Assembly: GCA_018060845.1 (NCBI GenBank)
Contig: JAGOVG010000001.1
Location: forward strand, 15,222-79,221
Source: Candidatus Woesebacteria bacterium
Lineage (GTDB): Bacteria; Patescibacteriota; Microgenomatia; UBA1400; UBA12108
Direction of reading: 5' to 3'
Length of the DNA: 64,000 nucleotides
In this document: piece by piece, positions 38,929 to 48,170 of the stretch
Layout: each line of letters opens with the position of its first letter
How positions within the stretch are numbered: position 1 is the stretch's first letter
Notes under the pieces: model-generated
Told to the model about the DNA's origin: nothing
The model's input: the letters and a program-made list of their open reading frames with translations, nothing else
The model's database searches: none
Program-made: the position numbers and the translations under genes

Positions 38929-39868
38929 TTACCTTGATCCAGCTAGTTTGTGGTATCAGTACCCACTGCCCTGCATATGGAGATAGGTTTTTTGGGTTAT
39001 ATAACTGGTTCTCGATCGTTACACTTTTGATCTCATCAAAGTTTAGACTTAGTCCTAGCTTGGTAAACGAAGAGGCAGCTGACTCATCAATGTCGGTCTT
39101 GATAGAGTCGCTCAATGCCTGCTTGAGTGTTGTGATGCGCTCTGAGTTAAAGACAGTGTTTCTGGAGATTAGGCTCGCAATAAAAGCTCTGATTACTTTT
39201 TGTTGTCTTTTGCTCCGGGCAAAATCTGTCCCCTCGTCCCCTAGCGCGTGGCGAGACCTCACATATTTGAGCGCGGTGACGCCGTCCATTTTTTGGGTAC
39301 CTGCTTCAAAGTGGAGGTGCTCGTAACGATCAGCTTCGGGTTCGACATTTTCTTTGCCTGGGATTGGGTATTTGTAGTCATCAAAAGTCTGGTCGACTGT
39401 AACTGTGATCCCACCCACGGCATCGATTGCTTTGATAAAGCCAGAAAAATCGATGAGCAAACTGTAGTGGATCGGCAGACCCGTTACTTCGGTTAACGCA
39501 GTCTTTAATTTGGATAGGCCAGTGCCAGGCTCTGCTTGGTCACCGTAGTAATAGATGCTATTAATTTTGGCTCGGTACGAAGTGAGGTAGATATCGCGTG
39601 GGATACTAATGAGAGTGATCTTTTTAGTGTCATGATGAACTGAGGCGATCAAGATACTATCGGTGAGCTCTCCCCCCTGGTGACCCTGACCCCCGACGCC
39701 GAGGAGGGCGATGTTGGTGCGAGAGTTCGTAGTTGCTAAGACCTCAATAGGCGGCTGTGTGATGCCGCGCGCATAATCTTTTATATTTTGACTCCGGTAG
39801 AGCCGAGCACCTGCTGCCACTAAGAGCGCAGCTACTAGAGCAGCTAGGATCGGGAGTTTAGCGCGCAT
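38903..39868 (-). CDS. LytR-CpsA-Psr (LCP) family cell-wall glycopolymer transferase
   Basis: N-terminal TM; LCP core NIALLGVGG...LTDSILIASVHHDTKKITLISIPRDIYL. Confidence 0.85.
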   Translation of the reverse strand: MRAKLPILAALVAALLVAAGARLYRSQNIKDYARGITQPPIEVLATTNSRTNIALLGVGGQGHQGGELTDSILIASVHHDTKKITLISIPRDIYLTSYRAKINSIYYYGDQAEPGTGLSKLKTALTEVTGLPIHYSLLIDFSGFIKAIDAVGGITVTVDQTFDDYKYPIPGKENVEPEADRYEHLHFEAGTQKMDGVTALKYVRSRHALGDEGTDFARSKRQQKVIRAFIASLISRNTVFNSERITTLKQALSDSIKTDIDESAASSFTKLGLSLNFDEIKSVTIENQLYNPKNLSPYAGQWVLIPQTSWIKVNEYVSDNL

Positions 39869-40550
39869 GTCCTACCCTGATGAGTATCTCGTTTAGACTA
39901 TTGGGGTCTAGGCTCGCGGTCGCGACTAGGACGCCGTCGATCGAAGTAGTTAGGAGTGAGTCGATATTGTCGGGTGTGACACTGCCACCGTACAGAACAG
40001 GGGCACTAGTATAGCGGCGGATCATGGTGAGTGTATCTTCGATGACATCAGCAGGAGCCGCGACAGTCCCGCCAATATCGGCCGGTGGCTCAAAACAATA
40101 TATACAATCGTTTTGAATACCATCATCTAGTGCAGCAAACTGAGGCTCGATATCCTCACGAGAGAGGCAGATCGCGGGAGTAATGCCGGCAGATAATAAC
40201 TCCTTGGCTTTGTTGGCAACATCTGTCATAGTCTCGTGGAAGTAGCGCCTGCGCTCAGTGTGACCAACTAGACCATATTTAATACCATATTCTTTGAGCT
40301 GAGTAGCATTGACCGCGCCAGTATAAGAGCCGGGGGGGAATGGGGAGACGTCCTGGGAGCAGAGGTTGATTGGATATAGGTTGTGACCTATATGATAGGA
40401 GGTCTGTGCTAGGTGGATGGTGCTAGGTGCTACGAGGAGCGAAACTTTATCTTTAGACTCTGTTATCACAGGATTTACAGTTTTTAGCCAGGATTCGACC
40501 TCTGCACTCGTTTTGTGTGACTTAAAGTTAGCCAAGACAATGAAGTTCAT
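39858..40550 (-). CDS. tpiA: Triosephosphate isomerase
   Basis: NFKSHK; active-site region GHTERR (GHSERR type); EPPADIGG (the catalytic Glu loop, EPxWAIGTG equivalent); GGSV. Confidence 0.85.
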   Translation of the reverse strand: MNFIVLANFKSHKTSAEVESWLKTVNPVITESKDKVSLLVAPSTIHLAQTSYHIGHNLYPINLCSQDVSPFPPGSYTGAVNATQLKEYGIKYGLVGHTERRRYFHETMTDVANKAKELLSAGITPAICLSREDIEPQFAALDDGIQNDCIYCFEPPADIGGTVAAPADVIEDTLTMIRRYTSAPVLYGGSVTPDNIDSLLTTSIDGVLVATASLDPNSLNEILIRVGHAR

Positions 40551-40561
40551 ATGTAGTACTA

Positions 40562-42568
40562 TTGTACCTTATGCATACCTACCTAGACGAGCTAAACAAA
40601 GAGCAGAGGCGAGCGGCCGAGCATCTAGGTACGCCACTACTCATCCTGGCTGGGGCGGGGAGCGGCAAAACTAAGACACTCACCTACAAGGCGGCACACC
40701 TCATGCACTCTGGTATTGTGACCCCAGAGCAGCTACTACTCGTTACTTTTACAAATAAGGCAGCTGGAGAGATGAAGGAGCGGGTCAAAAAAGTAGCTGG
40801 AACATACCTACCAAATGTCGGGACTTACCACTCATTGTCTGCTCGAATACTACGAAGGCACGGTGACGCACTAGGGATTGGTCATGACTTTGTGATCTAC
40901 GATGACGGCGACCAAGAGGACTTGGTTAAGCAGATCCAGGGTGAGTTATCGCAGGACCCCAAGAGATTTAAGTCACGTAGCATCATGAGTATGATCAGCT
41001 CGGCCAAACAAGAAATGGTAAACCCAGAAAATTATCGAAGTATGGCTCGTGGACCTTTTCAAGAAGCGGCGGCTGCAGTTTACTCTAAGTATCAAAAATA
41101 CTTAAGGGACTATACGGCGGTAGATTTTGATGACCTACTATCACTAACCGTTGAGCTACTGCAGAAACATGAGCACGTAAGAGATAACTACCAGAACCTG
41201 TTTAAAGCAGTGTTTGTGGACGAGTATCAGGACACCAATACCACACAATACCTGTTAACTAAGCTCCTCGCAGCCAAGGCTGAGCTGACAGTGGTTGGGG
41301 ATGCGTCGCAGTCGATCTATAGATGGCGTGGGGCAGACTATCGTAATATGACCAAGCTAAAGTCGGACTTCCCTACTCTCACCGAGATTAGACTAGAGCG
41401 TAACTATAGGAGCACCCAAAATATCTTAGATGCGGCAACAACGGTCATTGGCCATAACAAAAACCATCCCATCCTGTCGCTCTGGACCGAAGCTGGGGCG
41501 GGCGAGCCAATAGGACTTATCGAAGCGTATTCGGGTAGCGACGAGGCGAGCCGGATCGTTGAACTAATACTGAATATGGTCAACGGGCGGACGCAGGGGT
41601 CCGCCCCTACAAGATGGAATGATATCGCTTTACTTTACCGCACCAACGCACAGAGCCGAGCGATCGAAGAAGCGATGATTAGGAGCAGTGTCCCGTATAC
41701 CTTGGTTGGGGGGACAAAGTTCTATGAGCGCAAAGAAATAAAAGATTTACTTGCATACCTACGAATCCTCTTAAACCCTGCTGACAAAGTTAGCTATACC
41801 AGAGCCGAAAAAGTGGGTAAGAGGAGACTGGCCATGCTCATGGCAATCAGCGAAACTATTGATGTAGCTAAGACTCGGCCTAGTGATCTGCTTGAAAAAG
41901 TAATAGAGACAACCAAATATTTGGACCAGTACGACGAGGATGACCCGGAGGAGCTATCGAGAATTGAGAATATCCGGGAGCTGCAGGTGGTAGCTGAAGA
42001 GTTTGAAGACCTGCCAGCGCTCCTAGAGAATGTGTCCCTTGTACAATCAGAGTACTTTGCCGGAGAAAAGGGCAAAGACAAAGCTAACTCAGTGACCCTC
42101 ATGACGCTGCATGCAGCTAAGGGACTAGAGTTCCCGATCGTGTTTTTGATAGGAATGGAAGAAGGACTGTTCCCCCACTCCCGAGCGCTCATGGATCTAG
42201 AGGAGATGGAAGAGGAGCGGAGACTCGCCTATGTAGGTATCACGCGTGCCAAAGAAAAACTATATATTTCATATGCCAAACAGAGGACAGTCTGGGGTAA
42301 TACTGGTTTTCAAACTAAGTCGAGATTTATTGATGAGATCCCCGCCAACTTGATTCAGAATGTCGGACAACCAGAAAACTCAGAGGGTCGGAAAGTCGGA
42401 GAACCAGTTAACCAGATAAAGAGTAAAAGTGAGAAGGATTTTTGGGTATCGCATGGAGCGCAGTTTAAGACAAAAAAATCCGGCGTCCGGATAGACAGTC
42501 TTAATGACTCGACACTAGATGATTTTCTATCGGGTAATTTGAGTATTGATGAACTGCTGAATCGTTGA
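40562..42568 (+). CDS. pcrA: UvrD/PcrA-family SF1 DNA helicase
   Basis: LNKEQRRAA...AGAGSGKTKTL (motif I), VDEYQDTN, TLHAAKGLEF, VGITRAK. Confidence 0.9.
   Translation: MYLMHTYLDELNKEQRRAAEHLGTPLLILAGAGSGKTKTLTYKAAHLMHSGIVTPEQLLLVTFTNKAAGEMKERVKKVAGTYLPNVGTYHSLSARILRRHGDALGIGHDFVIYDDGDQEDLVKQIQGELSQDPKRFKSRSIMSMISSAKQEMVNPENYRSMARGPFQEAAAAVYSKYQKYLRDYTAVDFDDLLSLTVELLQKHEHVRDNYQNLFKAVFVDEYQDTNTTQYLLTKLLAAKAELTVVGDASQSIYRWRGADYRNMTKLKSDFPTLTEIRLERNYRSTQNILDAATTVIGHNKNHPILSLWTEAGAGEPIGLIEAYSGSDEASRIVELILNMVNGRTQGSAPTRWNDIALLYRTNAQSRAIEEAMIRSSVPYTLVGGTKFYERKEIKDLLAYLRILLNPADKVSYTRAEKVGKRRLAMLMAISETIDVAKTRPSDLLEKVIETTKYLDQYDEDDPEELSRIENIRELQVVAEEFEDLPALLENVSLVQSEYFAGEKGKDKANSVTLMTLHAAKGLEFPIVFLIGMEEGLFPHSRALMDLEEMEEERRLAYVGITRAKEKLYISYAKQRTVWGNTGFQTKSRFIDEIPANLIQNVGQPENSEGRKVGEPVNQIKSKSEKDFWVSHGAQFKTKKSGVRIDSLNDSTLDDFLSGNLSIDELLNR
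41585..41611. repeat. GC-rich palindromic element, copy 2, embedded in-frame inside the pcrA coding sequence
   Basis: GGGCGGACgCAGGGGTCCGCCCcTACA. It encodes the NGRTQGSAPTRWN segment just before the conserved LLYRTNAQ motif. Confidence 0.6.
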
Positions 42569-42596
42569 CCCGTATATCCGTATATCCGTATATCCG
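42569..42596. repeat. Tandem octamer repeat (CCGTATAT) x3.5 in the 35-nt pcrA-femX intergenic spacer
   Basis: cccgtatatccgtatatccgtatatccg lies directly between the pcrA stop (42566-42568) and the femX ATG (42604). Confidence 0.85.
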
Positions 42597-42603
42597 CTAG
42601 AAT

Positions 42604-43617
42604 ATGGTTGTGAATAACAAAGACTGGAATACTCAGGCTAACCACCCCCTACAAGCATGGGAATGGGGGGAGTTTCGAGGGGCGACCGGGATTAAGGTAG
42701 TAAGAGAGAGCGGGATCCAAGTGACTATCCACCCTATCCCCCACACCCCATGGACAGTCGGCTACTACCCCAAAGGCAGTGAGCCGAACAAAGAACAGGT
42801 AGAAATACTAAAGAAAATTGCCACAGACAATGACTGTATTTTTATCAAATGCGAGCCGATGGTCGAGTTACAAGGTGAAGGTAAAGTTTTAAAACAGAAG
42901 CTAGGCCGTTTGGGGTTTGTTGAGGGCCGGCCACTGTTTACCAAATACAACTTTGTATTAGATGTGACCCCGAGCGAAGAGGAGTTACTAGCATCGTTTA
43001 AGCAAAAAACTAGATATAACATCCGGGTAGCACAGAAGCGTGGTGTCACAGTAGAACTTTCAAAAAAGCAAGGTGACTTTGAGAGATACTTGGAGCTAAC
43101 TACTGAGACCACCGAGCGACAAGGGTTTTATGCACACGGAGCTAATTATCACAAAAAGATGTGGGAGACGCTGGGAGATAGGACAAAGGAAAAAGGTGAA
43201 AGTAATAAGGATGAATTGAGCGCACATCTACTAGTGGCAGAATACCAGGGACAGGTAATCACTACCTGGGTGCTATTTAGATTTAAAGATACACTCTACT
43301 ATCCATACGGAGCTAGCACCCGTGAGCACCGAGAGGTAATGGCCAATAACCTGGTGATGTGGGAAGCGATCCGGCTCGCCAAAAAGTGGGGATGTAAATA
43401 CCTAGATATGTGGGGGGCACTAGGGCCTGAGCCAGACAAAAATGATCCGTGGTACGGCTTTCATACCTTTAAATCAGGTTATGGCGCTAGGCATGTAGAG
43501 TATATCGGGACGTGGGATTATGTGGCTAAGCCAATGCTATATCAGATATATACAATAGTAGACAAGGTCCGCTGGACACTTCTTCGCACAAAAAAGCTCG
43601 TGACTAAAGGCAGGTAG
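42604..43617 (+). CDS. FemAB-family peptidoglycan interpeptide-bridge aminoacyltransferase
   Basis: Size and FemAB-type GNAT-like halves (FKQKTRYNIRVAQKRGV; LYYPYGAS). The usual FemX coiled-coil insert is largely absent. Confidence 0.75.
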   Translation: MVVNNKDWNTQANHPLQAWEWGEFRGATGIKVVRESGIQVTIHPIPHTPWTVGYYPKGSEPNKEQVEILKKIATDNDCIFIKCEPMVELQGEGKVLKQKLGRLGFVEGRPLFTKYNFVLDVTPSEEELLASFKQKTRYNIRVAQKRGVTVELSKKQGDFERYLELTTETTERQGFYAHGANYHKKMWETLGDRTKEKGESNKDELSAHLLVAEYQGQVITTWVLFRFKDTLYYPYGASTREHREVMANNLVMWEAIRLAKKWGCKYLDMWGALGPEPDKNDPWYGFHTFKSGYGARHVEYIGTWDYVAKPMLYQIYTIVDKVRWTLLRTKKLVTKGR

Positions 43618-43640
43618 TAGTAATCACGAGCTTAATTTTT

Positions 43641-43808
43641 TTATTTTCGTTTTTTAGTTGCTTTTTTGACAGTCTTTTTGACTATTTTCTTTGGAGCTGC
43701 TTTGACAACTTTTTTAACGGGTTTTTTAGCTACTTTTTTGACGGCTTTCTTGACAGTTGGTTTAACTGTTTTTTTGCCGAGCAGTCTGTGTAGTATTTTT
43801 TTAAGCAT
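43641..43808 (-). CDS. Small (55 aa) lysine-rich histone H1-like/basic repeat protein; too short for the ORF track
   Basis: Minus strand: strong SD AAGGGGGTGA 7 nt before ATG at 43808. Translation MLKKILHRLLGKKTVKPTVKKAVKKVAKKPVKKVVKAAPKKIVKKTVKKATKKRK, stop at 43641. Confidence 0.5.
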   Translation of the reverse strand: MLKKILHRLLGKKTVKPTVKKAVKKVAKKPVKKVVKAAPKKIVKKTVKKATKKRK

Positions 43809-43856
43809 AGTGGTGATTCACCCCCTTTTGAGATTATTTGGCGTGAGCCAGTATGT

Positions 43857-44135
43857 TTATTTGCGGTCTACGGTGATAGTACACTCAGAGATCATGGCAA
43901 CGAGAGCGCCTAGGACGATGAGTGGGGGGAGTAAGAGAGCACCAACGACGCCAACCGTCACGGGGATAGACATTATTACTTTGCCTTTACTATCTTTGAC
44001 AGTAATTTTTCTGACATTGCCCTCTTTGATGAGCTCTTTAACTTTGCTGACTACTTTTTTACCTTCGACTTTAAATTCGTTTTGTTGTTTTTTGCTAACT
44101 AGTGGTTTCTTCTTAGTTGTTTTTTTGGCAGGCAT
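43857..44135 (-). CDS. DUF4342-like small protein with a basic N-terminus and hydrophobic C-terminal segment
   Basis: FKVEGKKVVSKVKELIKEGNVRKITVKDSKGKVIMSIPVTVGVVGALLLPPLIVLGALVAMISECTITVD matches the DUF4342 pattern as I recall it. Confidence 0.55.
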   Translation of the reverse strand: MPAKKTTKKKPLVSKKQQNEFKVEGKKVVSKVKELIKEGNVRKITVKDSKGKVIMSIPVTVGVVGALLLPPLIVLGALVAMISECTITVDRK

Positions 44136-44204
44136 ATACTTCCTTTTTGATTAATTAATACTTAGTTATTTGTATCACAAACTAGGTGGTATTGATACGC
44201 CCTG

Positions 44205-44714
44205 CTAACTCAAACTCTTAGTAAAAAACTTTGCATTACCGTTTTCATAGTAGTCAGATAACTCACCAATTAACTTGTAACCATTTTTCTGATAAAAAGT
44301 ATGGAGCTGTGGCTGCATGCTGTGTGCATTTACCATCACTGTTGATGCGCCAAAATCTCTTGCTGCTTCTTCACATTTTTGTAGGATCATGCTGCCTAGG
44401 CCACCGCGCTGAGTTCCGGGTAAAACACCAATAATAAATAGTTCGACTTTTTTTCCATCTGGCCAGCTGATAGGGTGTTGTTTGGCAACAAAGCCTGCGC
44501 CGATCAATTTATTTTCTTCGTCTCTAGCTTCTACCAATTTTCCATACTTCATGTATTTGATCATTTCGTCGTAGTCGAACCACGCTTTGAGAGTGTTTTG
44601 ATCCAGCTCGGGCGTAAAGTAGCCCGTCTCATCTTCTAAGATCTCATTAAACGCACGCTCAAATAATTCTCTAACTTCTTTGTGATCGGGATTATCTTGG
44701 GTATATATCTTCAT
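44205..44714 (-). CDS. GNAT family N-acetyltransferase
   Basis: Motif A QRGGLGSMILQKCEEAARDFG. Confidence 0.75.
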   Translation of the reverse strand: MKIYTQDNPDHKEVRELFERAFNEILEDETGYFTPELDQNTLKAWFDYDEMIKYMKYGKLVEARDEENKLIGAGFVAKQHPISWPDGKKVELFIIGVLPGTQRGGLGSMILQKCEEAARDFGASTVMVNAHSMQPQLHTFYQKNGYKLIGELSDYYENGNAKFFTKSLS

Positions 44715-44724
44715 GACAAATTAT

Positions 44725-45282
44725 CTAGTGTGATTTGATAATCTCTATGATTTCAGGGAACTCATCGTTAGCTGGGTTTTGTTCTATCAAAAAGTGACCA
44801 CGATTGGGGAGGACTAGTAGCTCGCTACCTACTTGTGACTGGATATACTTAGGCTCGGTAGTATCAAAATATGGATCATCATCACCATGGATCTGCACTA
44901 CCCACCCTGCATTAGTTTTGATCTTTTCCCACTGCCATGGCGCGTCATACCACCCTGCTTCTTTTTCATCTTCAAAACCTAAGTCAGTATAGTTGCAGCC
45001 AACTAGTATAGCTCCTGCCAACTTATGCTCTTCGAGATATCGGAGGGTTGCGACTGCACCACTGCTGTGACCGACCACTATAGTATTTTCGTCTTTGATC
45101 AGCTCGGACTCGATGTATGGCAACCAGATATCCATATGTGCTGCCACGGGATCTGGCATATCGGTCATCGTTACCGAGTATCCTAGTTTGACTAGCTCGT
45201 CCCTGAGCCACGGATACCAGTTATCTGTTTCGACTCGGCTGCCACCGTTACCTGGGATGATTACAATGTTTGGTTTGCTCAT
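44725..45282 (-). CDS. YdeN/RBBP9-like alpha/beta serine hydrolase
   Basis: Nucleophile elbow VVGHSSGA, a His near the C-terminus (NRGHF), about 185 aa. Confidence 0.68.
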   Translation of the reverse strand: MSKPNIVIIPGNGGSRVETDNWYPWLRDELVKLGYSVTMTDMPDPVAAHMDIWLPYIESELIKDENTIVVGHSSGAVATLRYLEEHKLAGAILVGCNYTDLGFEDEKEAGWYDAPWQWEKIKTNAGWVVQIHGDDDPYFDTTEPKYIQSQVGSELLVLPNRGHFLIEQNPANDEFPEIIEIIKSH

Positions 45283-45297
45283 AGCAGATATTGTAAC

Positions 45298-45675
45298 TTA
45301 TCTAATAGGGAAGACGACAGAGTAGAGACTACTCCCTTTTTTGTTAATCTGGATCTGGATATCCTGAACACCTAGGTAGTCAGCTAATACCTTCCTCATA
45401 CGACTGGGTGCAAAGTGACCACGACTACGAAAGGTGGCGATCATGACAGTACCCCTTAGTTCCTGATCTACTATCTCTCCGGCTATCCCACCCTCACGCA
45501 ATATGTTGGTGAGGAGATAATTGTTGTACCAGGTGGCATAGGTATCAGCGACGTTCAGGAGTGTGCGAGAACGTAGCAGGCGCGCCACGTACTGGAGTAG
45601 GTCATTGGTGTGAAACAAAATGTATGCGACCACAGTCGCTAGCCAACTAATTATGGTGCTAGTTATATACTTCAT
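45298..45675 (-). CDS. Hypothetical protein with N-terminal TM
   Basis: ORF with 4-nt overlap to the TfoX-N gene. Confidence 0.35.
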   Translation of the reverse strand: MKYITSTIISWLATVVAYILFHTNDLLQYVARLLRSRTLLNVADTYATWYNNYLLTNILREGGIAGEIVDQELRGTVMIATFRSRGHFAPSRMRKVLADYLGVQDIQIQINKKGSSLYSVVFPIR

Positions 45676-45989
45676 TTTTTTGGTGGTAGGTTATTGTAAG
45701 TAATCGTTATTAGTTGGCAGAGCTTACCCCGGTCATTAATTATTTCTTCTGCCACTTTGATATGTGCCTTGGCACCAGGGTATGGGACCCCCTCTGCATA
45801 ATCAGCATCCAGTAATGTCTTGCCTTGATCCGTTATTTTGACAAAAAGAGTGTCATCACAGACGAGGGCAATTACACGATCTAGGTAGTAGAGAGCGTAC
45901 TCGCCAAACATTTTGCGCGATCTAATGTGAGGCACTAGACTCGATAGCTGATCAACAATATATGTGATTGTGGTTGGGTTACTAGACAT
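45672..45989 (-). CDS. TfoX/Sxy N-terminal-domain protein (competence-regulator-like), no C-terminal domain
   Basis: RKMFGEYALYYLDRVIALVCDDTLFVK is the TfoX_N signature. Confidence 0.68.
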   Translation of the reverse strand: MSSNPTTITYIVDQLSSLVPHIRSRKMFGEYALYYLDRVIALVCDDTLFVKITDQGKTLLDADYAEGVPYPGAKAHIKVAEEIINDRGKLCQLITITYNNLPPKK

Positions 45990-45992
45990 AGT

Positions 45993-46760
45993 TTAAGACT
46001 CCTTTTTTAAGTAGTATTGTCTCTCTGACTCTGATAACTTCTCAATAGCATAGCGCAGCATAGTCCTGGGCATGACGCTTGCGTACTCATTAAGAAAGTT
46101 AAGGAGTGTCATTTTATCTTTTTTGCCCATTTCGCGTAGCATCCACCCAACGGCTTTGTGGATTAGATCATGGGGATCGTGGAGCAAGACTTTGCTTAAT
46201 TTGAGCGTGTCTTCAAATACTCCTGCTCTAATAAAAGCAAATGTTGCCATAATACTGATCCGACGCTCCCATAAATTATCTGAACTGGCTAGCTGATATA
46301 GGACGCCCCGCGGTCGAGATAGTAGGTAGTCACCCACGATCTTCGGCGTGCTCAAATCGACTAGGTCCCAGTTGTTGATAAACTGACGATGTTCTAGGTA
46401 ATATTCATATATTTTAATTTTTTCTGTATCTAATTTAGTCTTCTCATACTTTTTGACTAGCATTAGTAGAGCGACTAAACGGATTTCGTGGTATGGACTA
46501 CTTATTAATTTATCTATGTTAGCTAAATCTAGCTCAAGATAATATTTGCTAACCAGCTTGTGGGCTGTAGGTACCATAATACCTAGGAACTGATCCCCCT
46601 CCCCGTACTGACCAGGCCCAGTCTTAAAGAATCGGCCGAGGATGGCCGCACGTGCTTGATCAGCAAGAGAATGTAGCTCTTTGGTTAGCTCATTTACGCT
46701 CATATAACTATTGTAGACTAGAGAATGTATAATGAGGCTATATGGCGAAGAAACATACAC
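45993..46760 (-). CDS. AlkD/AlkC-like DNA alkylation repair glycosylase (HEAT-like repeats)
   Basis: All-helical, with the family motifs FFKTGPGQYGEGDQFLGIMVP and WDLVD. Confidence 0.72.
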   Translation of the reverse strand: MYVSSPYSLIIHSLVYNSYMSVNELTKELHSLADQARAAILGRFFKTGPGQYGEGDQFLGIMVPTAHKLVSKYYLELDLANIDKLISSPYHEIRLVALLMLVKKYEKTKLDTEKIKIYEYYLEHRQFINNWDLVDLSTPKIVGDYLLSRPRGVLYQLASSDNLWERRISIMATFAFIRAGVFEDTLKLSKVLLHDPHDLIHKAVGWMLREMGKKDKMTLLNFLNEYASVMPRTMLRYAIEKLSESERQYYLKKES

Positions 46761-47080
46761 ACCACAAGTCCCCTTTTTCGGATTACTTTAATGCACTATC
46801 TCGGATAGATAAGGGTAAGAGATATTCGGATGAGTACGGGTCGATCCTGATATTGTCACTAGTTGAAGAGGTGGGCGAGATCGCCCGTGCCTACCTGGCC
46901 GAGCACGGTCGAAAACCCAACAACAAGGCAGCTCAGCGTGATGAGACCTATGAGCAGGAGCTCGGTGACCTGGTGGTGACCATCCTACGATTTGCCAGAA
47001 CTAAGGATATTAATCTAGACGAATACGTCAAGCGTACACTCGCCAAGATAGAGGCACGTAAGAATAAGCCAAAAGAATAG
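46742..47080 (+). CDS. MazG-like nucleotide pyrophosphohydrolase (small, single domain)
   Basis: LVEEVGEIARA...ELGDLVVTILRFA is the EExxE/D MazG motif set. Confidence 0.75.
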   Translation: MAKKHTHHKSPFSDYFNALSRIDKGKRYSDEYGSILILSLVEEVGEIARAYLAEHGRKPNNKAAQRDETYEQELGDLVVTILRFARTKDINLDEYVKRTLAKIEARKNKPKE

Positions 47081-47093
47081 GGATATTCCCTAT

Positions 47094-47549
47094 TTATTTC
47101 CCTTTGCCGTAGCTAGCTTTGACCTGATAGAGGAGGTAGAACGAGATAACGGTCATGACGAGTGAGCCGACATTAAAATATTGGAGAGTTGAGAGGAGTG
47201 AGAGCAGCTGGGAGTAGTACATGAGCCTCCAGCCTTTACCCCTGCGTGCAAAGAGTGGCTTTACTGCCATAGCAGATAAGACTACCTGCGCAGCACCAAC
47301 TGCCCAGAAGAGCCAGAAGATGCCAGTGCGTGAGCCAGCGATCCAGACGAATGGAGTAGCGATAGCACCGAGCCCAAAGACAGCCAGGAGCGCTGGGATG
47401 CCGACGATCGCACCGATTAGGGCGAGATAAGGGGCAACAGAGACGATGAAATCTTTTCCGCCTTTTGGTAGGACTGGGGATTTTTTAACTAGGTAATCAC
47501 TGAGTACTTTGTCTAGTGCGTCGGTGTATGTTTTCATATATGTCTCCAA
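47094..47549 (-). CDS. Hypothetical 4-TM membrane protein
   Basis: Hydrophobicity only. Confidence 0.45.
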   Translation of the reverse strand: METYMKTYTDALDKVLSDYLVKKSPVLPKGGKDFIVSVAPYLALIGAIVGIPALLAVFGLGAIATPFVWIAGSRTGIFWLFWAVGAAQVVLSAMAVKPLFARRGKGWRLMYYSQLLSLLSTLQYFNVGSLVMTVISFYLLYQVKASYGKGK

Positions 47550-47624
47550 GGTGTTTATCTAATAGATACACTATAACAAATTAATCAATGCTGGGTAACT
47601 AGAGATAACTCTAAGTCTTATAGT

Positions 47625-48050
47625 ATGTTATACTCTTACCTTATGATTAACTATGAGCTATATACCCATACTCAGACTCCTGAACTAGTGACGTATGTTC
47701 TGCTCCCTTATACATGGACCGAAGACATTACCACAACTAGCTTTGTTCAGGCTAGGCGTGTCGCATCTGCTCTAATGTGTATTGATGATCTTAATTCAGT
47801 GAGTGAGGGAAATGGAGCTGGGACAGCACTACTAAATGCTATAGCTGTTTGGGGCATGAGTCGTGGACTGGATAAAATTACGGGTAGTGTAGTAACTAGA
47901 GATGGATTTTACGAGGCCCTCGTGAAATGGTACGGAAAACGTGGACTCAGTGTGCAGAATGGGTGGCTAGTGGGCGAGACAAGTGAAGTACGAGACATGA
48001 CTGCAGAAATATTGCACGCACATAACGTAGAGTACAAGATTGCTACTTAA
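47625..48050 (+). CDS. Possible GNAT-like acetyltransferase
   Basis: Weak motif A-like GNGAGTALL. Confidence 0.35.
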   Translation: MLYSYLMINYELYTHTQTPELVTYVLLPYTWTEDITTTSFVQARRVASALMCIDDLNSVSEGNGAGTALLNAIAVWGMSRGLDKITGSVVTRDGFYEALVKWYGKRGLSVQNGWLVGETSEVRDMTAEILHAHNVEYKIAT

Positions 48051-48133
48051 ATATCTCAGAAATAAAAAGGGTGGTAATATCTAGCTTTACAATGTTTGGC
48101 CATAGGTTTAGGAATTGCATATGTGTTTACCAA

Positions 48134-48161
48134 CCCCCTCCCTACAATCGCAGGGAGGGGG
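48134..48161. promoter_or_regulatory. Very stable GC hairpin (10-bp stem CCCCCTCCCT/AGGGAGGGGG) at the left edge of the AT-rich island
   Basis: Lies between convergent genes. No adjoining U-tract on either strand. Confidence 0.4.
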
Positions 48162-48170
48162 TGTTAGGCC

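Noticed and set aside
42569-42596. Possible CRISPR or mini-array
   Set aside because: The units are 8 nt, contiguous and have no spacers, so it is a simple tandem repeat. No CRISPR-like 25-40-nt repeat-spacer periodicity was seen anywhere in the window.
43666-44154. 162-aa plus-strand ORF rich in FLT repeats
   Set aside because: It is the mirror image of minus-strand lysine codons (AAA/AAG give TTT/CTT). The minus strand carries a DUF4342-like protein and a K-repeat peptide with a strong SD.
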